From contig JBEPZZ010000001.1 in assembly GCA_041640575.1 (NCBI GenBank), positions 1-21,016 of the forward strand: DNA of 21,016 nt, given 5' to 3'. This document shows, piece after piece, positions 17,906 to 21,016 of this stretch (its first letter is position 1; each line of letters starts with the position of its first letter). The position numbers and the translations under genes were made by a program. The notes under the pieces were generated by a model. The model was given only the letters and a program-made list of their open reading frames with translations, did no database searches and was not told the DNA's origin. Origin of the DNA: Pseudothermotoga sp. (GTDB lineage Bacteria > Thermotogota > Thermotogae > Thermotogales > DSM-5069).

Positions 17906-18577
17906 ATGAACATAGGTGTTTTAATGGCAGCGGGAAGGGGAACAAGGGTGGGCGAAAAGGTGCCCAAACAATTTCTTCTGCTCCGCAACAAAGCTCTCTT
18001 TCTGTATAGTTTAGAAGCCTTCGAAAAGGCACCAAGCATTCATGGATACATATTGATGGTACCAGAGGAATATGTTAACGAAACGAAAGGTATGGTCAAA
18101 CAGTTCCGAAAACTTAAAGATGTAATTGTCGGTGGAAAAAGCAGACATGAAACATCTCTCATAGCGATTAAAAAACTGGAGAGATTCACGCCTGAAATTG
18201 TTGTGTTCCATGATGCTGCAAGACCTTTTCTAAAGATACAACTGGTAGAACAAGTTATCCGAACGGCAAAAGAGTATGGGGCTTCAACAGCTGCTGCAAG
18301 AGTTTCAGACACTGTTGCCTACTGTGAAGGGAATTTTGTAAAGTCCTACATTTCCCGAGAAAATCTTTACCGGATTCTTACCCCACAAGCCTTTAAGTAT
18401 GATTTGGCAGTTAAGGTATTCGAAGCAGAAGAAGGAGATGACGGTACATCTTTGTTTGTAAAAGCCGGGCTGAAGGTAGCCATTGTTTTATCTGACCAAA
18501 TGAACTTCAAAATAACATTTCCCGAGGATTATCAATTGGCACAGTTGATAGCCGACTTCTGGAATTCTTATATATAG
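17906..18577 (+). CDS. ispD: 2-C-methyl-D-erythritol 4-phosphate cytidylyltransferase (IspD/TarI family)
   Basis: MAAGRGTR...PKQF, GGKSR..TS, HDAARPF, TPQAF, NFKITFPED. TarI-type activity cannot be excluded from motifs alone. Confidence 0.85.
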   Translation: MNIGVLMAAGRGTRVGEKVPKQFLLLRNKALFLYSLEAFEKAPSIHGYILMVPEEYVNETKGMVKQFRKLKDVIVGGKSRHETSLIAIKKLERFTPEIVVFHDAARPFLKIQLVEQVIRTAKEYGASTAAARVSDTVAYCEGNFVKSYISRENLYRILTPQAFKYDLAVKVFEAEEGDDGTSLFVKAGLKVAIVLSDQMNFKITFPEDYQLAQLIADFWNSYI

Positions 18578-18596
18578 CAAAAGCATTGAGCTTTTG
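18578..18596. repeat. 7-bp inverted repeat after ispD (weak terminator or operator)
   Basis: CAAAAGC-ATTGA-GCTTTTG immediately after the ispD stop and just before the liv -35. Confidence 0.45.
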
Positions 18597-18598
18597 AC

Positions 18599-18627
18599 TT
18601 GAATAAAGTTTTTACAAATGGTACAAT
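18599..18627 (+). promoter_or_regulatory. Sigma70-type promoter of the liv operon
   Basis: -35 TTGAAT (18599-18604), 17-bp spacer, extended -10 TGGTACAAT (18619-18627). Confidence 0.75.
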
Positions 18628-18634
18628 AACTAAC

Positions 18635-18656
18635 AAACCTGGCACACACCAGGTTT
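18635..18656. promoter_or_regulatory. Perfect 8-bp inverted repeat at the liv transcription start (operator or 5' stem-loop)
   Basis: AAACCTGG-CACACA-CCAGGTTT, starting 8 bp after the -10 and ending before RBS GAGGAGGGGG (18666-18675). Confidence 0.6.
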
Positions 18657-18682
18657 AAAACTTTTGAGGAGGGGGTTTGCTT

Positions 18683-19810
18683 ATGAAGAAAGTCTACGTG
18701 TTGTTTCTCCTTGTCACGCTAATTGTTGTAGCTTTTGCACAAGAACTAACAGAGGTTAGGATAGGCGCCGGGTGGGAGATGACAGGACCTATTGGTGGGT
18801 TTGGACAAGCGTCTTGGGATGGAGTTAAACTTGCTATGAAACTTAGACCAACAGTCAGGATAGGTGGCAAAGATATTCCGGTGAAAGTTATTCTCTTGGA
18901 CAACAAAGGTGACAAAGCCGAAGCCGCTAACGTTGCAAGAAGGTTGATTGATGTTGAAAAAGTTTCCGCGATTATGGGTCCTTGTACAAGTTCTTGTGCT
19001 CTTGCTGCTGGTGCAATCGCAGAAGAAAAGAAAGTACCGATGATAACTAACACAGCAACAAATCCTCTTGTCACACAAAACAAGAAGTTCATCTTCAGAG
19101 TTTGTTTTATCGATCCATTCCAGGGAGCAATACTTGCAAAATTTGCGTGGGAAAACTTGAAGGCCAAGAGAGTTGCGATAATGGTTGATGTCGCTCAGGA
19201 TTACGTTGTTGGGTTAGCTAACGAATTTATGAAGGTTTTCAAACAACTAGGTGGTACATACTTTGTTGAATATTACTCAACTGGCGACCAAGATTTCTCA
19301 GCGCAACTTACGAATGTTCTGGCGAAAAAACCTGATGCGATATTCATGCCAGGTTACTACGCTGAAATAGCTTTGATGTGCGTTCAAGCAAGACAACTTG
19401 GATTCAAAGGAGCATTTTTGGCCGGAGATGGTGCTGATGCTCCTGAACTAATACAAATTGGTGGACAATACGTTGAAGGGCTCTTTTATACAACTTACTT
19501 CCATCAAGATGCTGAGCTTTCCAGCGCAACAAAACCATTTGTTGAGCAGTACATAAAAGAATATGGTAGAAGACCAGATGCATTCGGTGCTCTGGCTTTC
19601 GACGTTTACAATCTTGTTCTAGACGCAATTGAAAAAGCTCAGTCTGCTGATCCAATAAAGATTCGAGATGCATTAGCTAATACTAAAGATTTTGTTGGCG
19701 TTGCTGGTATGATAAGCTTTCCTGCTGGATCGGGCGACCCGATCAAACCAGCTGTTATCAACACAGTTAAAAATGGACAATTTGTCCTCGCGACAGTTGT
19801 TCAGCCGTGA
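18683..19810 (+). CDS. Branched-chain amino acid ABC transporter substrate-binding protein (LivJ/LivK family)
   Basis: Signal peptide; MTGPIGGFG, D.KGD..EA, ATNP.VT, FRVCFIDPFQG, DFSAQL, GDGAD; upstream of livH/livM. ATG 18683 follows the RBS. Confidence 0.92.
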   Translation: MKKVYVLFLLVTLIVVAFAQELTEVRIGAGWEMTGPIGGFGQASWDGVKLAMKLRPTVRIGGKDIPVKVILLDNKGDKAEAANVARRLIDVEKVSAIMGPCTSSCALAAGAIAEEKKVPMITNTATNPLVTQNKKFIFRVCFIDPFQGAILAKFAWENLKAKRVAIMVDVAQDYVVGLANEFMKVFKQLGGTYFVEYYSTGDQDFSAQLTNVLAKKPDAIFMPGYYAEIALMCVQARQLGFKGAFLAGDGADAPELIQIGGQYVEGLFYTTYFHQDAELSSATKPFVEQYIKEYGRRPDAFGALAFDVYNLVLDAIEKAQSADPIKIRDALANTKDFVGVAGMISFPAGSGDPIKPAVINTVKNGQFVLATVVQP

Positions 19811-19811
19811 C

Positions 19812-19836
19812 AAAAGCCCCCTCCAGGGGGCTTTTT
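19812..19836 (+). terminator. Intra-operonic terminator-like hairpin between the binding-protein gene and livH
   Basis: AAAAGCCCCC-TCCA-GGGGGCTTTTT, immediately after the SBP stop and before the livH RBS. Confidence 0.75.
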
Positions 19837-19855
19837 GCAAACGGAGGTGAAGATT

Positions 19856-20764
19856 TTGACTCTGGCAGCATTTTTGCAACATCTTGTGAACGCCATATCC
19901 CTTGGATCAATATATGCACTTATTGCCATCGGGTACAGTCTTGTTTATGGTATTTTGAGATTGATAAACTTTGCTCATGGAGATATATTTACATTTGGTA
20001 TTTATTTTGCTTTCTACTTTATTGTTCTGTTTACGCTTCCGTGGTGGGGAGGATATATATTGGCAATCCTTGCGACGGTACTGCTTGGTGTAACAATCGA
20101 AAGGATTGCCTACAAACCTTTGAGAAGCGCTCCTAGAATATCTGCTCTGATAACAGCAATAGGTGTTTCATTTTTTCTTCAAAATTTTGCGACCGTGGTT
20201 TTCGGTGGTCGTCCAAAATCTTTCAACGTACAGACAGGAGCATATCCAAAAGAGTTTTTGACGATGTTTGAAATTGGAGGGGTGAGAATCCCAATCCTAA
20301 CGTTTATTACAATCGTCGTGGCAATAGTGGCTTTGATCATACTCACCTGGATAGTTTACAAAACGAAAGTTGGTATGGCAATGCGTGCCATAGCAAAAGA
20401 CATGACTACAACTCGGTTAATGGGTGTTAATGTAGATAGAATTATTAGTTTCACGTTCGCCATAGGTTCAGCATTGGCCGCAACAGGTGGCATACTGTGG
20501 GCTATGAGGTTTCCACAAGTTTACCCCTATACTGGGTTAATACCTGGATTGAAAGCGTTCATTGCTGCAGTCGTAGGAGGTATTGGAAGCATTCAAGGAG
20601 CAATGGTTGGCGGTTTTGTTCTAGGAATAACCGAGATCATGATCGTCGCATTCTTCCCAGCACTTGCCGGTTATAGAGATGCCTTTGCTTATGTCATTCT
20701 TTTGCTCATTCTTCTGGTAAAACCCAGCGGAATTCTTGGTACTGAAGTTGCAGAAAAGGTGTGA
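19856..20764 (+). CDS. livH: Branched-chain amino acid ABC transporter permease LivH
   Basis: GSIYALIAIGYSLVYGILRLINFAHG, ERIAYKPLR, TKVGMAMRA, GLKAFIAAVVGGIGS. TTG 19856 follows RBS GGAGGTGA (19843-19850). Confidence 0.95.
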   Translation: MTLAAFLQHLVNAISLGSIYALIAIGYSLVYGILRLINFAHGDIFTFGIYFAFYFIVLFTLPWWGGYILAILATVLLGVTIERIAYKPLRSAPRISALITAIGVSFFLQNFATVVFGGRPKSFNVQTGAYPKEFLTMFEIGGVRIPILTFITIVVAIVALIILTWIVYKTKVGMAMRAIAKDMTTTRLMGVNVDRIISFTFAIGSALAATGGILWAMRFPQVYPYTGLIPGLKAFIAAVVGGIGSIQGAMVGGFVLGITEIMIVAFFPALAGYRDAFAYVILLLILLVKPSGILGTEVAEKV

Positions 20765-20769
20765 TTTTT

Positions 20770-21016
20770 GTGGAGAAGAAATTGAGTAACAAAGCAAAGT
20801 TGCTATTAACAGTCTTTTTTGTTCTTATAGTTGGTTTTTTACTTCACCTTGCTGAGCGCTTTGCGACTGATTATGTGAAGCTAATGCTGAACTTAATAGG
20901 AATTAACATAATTTTTGCCGTATCTCTGAACTTGATAAACGGTATAACTGGCATCTTTTCGTTAGGCCATGTTGGATTCATAGCCATAGGTGCTTACATG
21001 GCAACACTTTTGACAC
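20770..21016 (+). CDS. livM: Branched-chain amino acid ABC transporter permease LivM, 3' end outside the window
   Basis: Manual translation MEKKLSNKAKLLLTVFF...INIIFAVSLNLINGITGIFSLGHVGFIAIGAYMATLLT, open to the window end; the SLNL..G.TG.FSLGH.GF..IGAY motif is typical of LivM. GTG 20761 is an alternative start. Confidence 0.92.
   Translation, partial: MEKKLSNKAKLLLTVFFVLIVGFLLHLAERFATDYVKLMLNLIGINIIFAVSLNLINGITGIFSLGHVGFIAIGAYMATLLT

Noticed and set aside
17863..18039. 59-aa N-terminal extension of the - strand ORF in the ORF track
   Set aside because: It runs antisense into ispD and across the promoter; a strong RBS precedes ATG 17862.
756..19882. Numerous 60-157 aa antisense or out-of-frame ORFs (e.g. 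4669-4950, 8259-8651, 8664-8981, 18694-19167)
   Set aside because: All lie within or across confidently assigned genes, lack recognisable motifs, and look like codon-bias shadows.
19807..20136. 109-aa + strand ORF overlapping livH
   Set aside because: Alternative frame across a terminator hairpin and a well-conserved gene, with no recognisable motifs.
1..21016. CRISPR arrays, IS elements, prophage genes, tRNA/rRNA or the RNase P RNA gene
   Set aside because: The largest non-coding gaps are only about 105-120 bp and are explained by terminators and promoters; no repeat arrays, transposases or integrases were seen.

Overview
Gene-dense, AT-rich bacterial chromosomal window, mostly core genes. 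The Hfq, RnpA and DisA sequences and the GGAGGTGA-type ribosome binding sites point to Thermotogota (Thermotoga/Pseudothermotoga-like); this is inference from recalled homologues, not a database hit. There are four + strand blocks and one - strand gene. (1) 1-8991: two carbohydrate-ABC permeases (the second carries a ~475-aa insertion), an FtsL-like small membrane protein, an RsmJ-like methyltransferase, miaA-hfq-hflX, an M23 peptidase, a Cys-motif hypothetical, metK, rpsT and a terminator. (2) 9111-14527: CPBP protease-clpC-radA-disA. (3) 14577-17272: rpmH (missed by the ORF track)-rnpA-yidD-yidC-jag. (4) A - strand two-domain hypothetical (17269-17862) divergent from ispD, followed by the start of a liv branched-chain amino acid ABC operon. 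I saw no mobile elements, CRISPR arrays, tRNAs or rRNAs, and no self-evident new multi-gene system. The best leads are the giant permease, a stand-alone LeuA-regulatory-like protein sharing an apparent bidirectional promoter with ispD, a likely CTG start coupling disA to radA, a Jag protein lacking its KH GxxG loop and an HflX with an atypical G2 motif.
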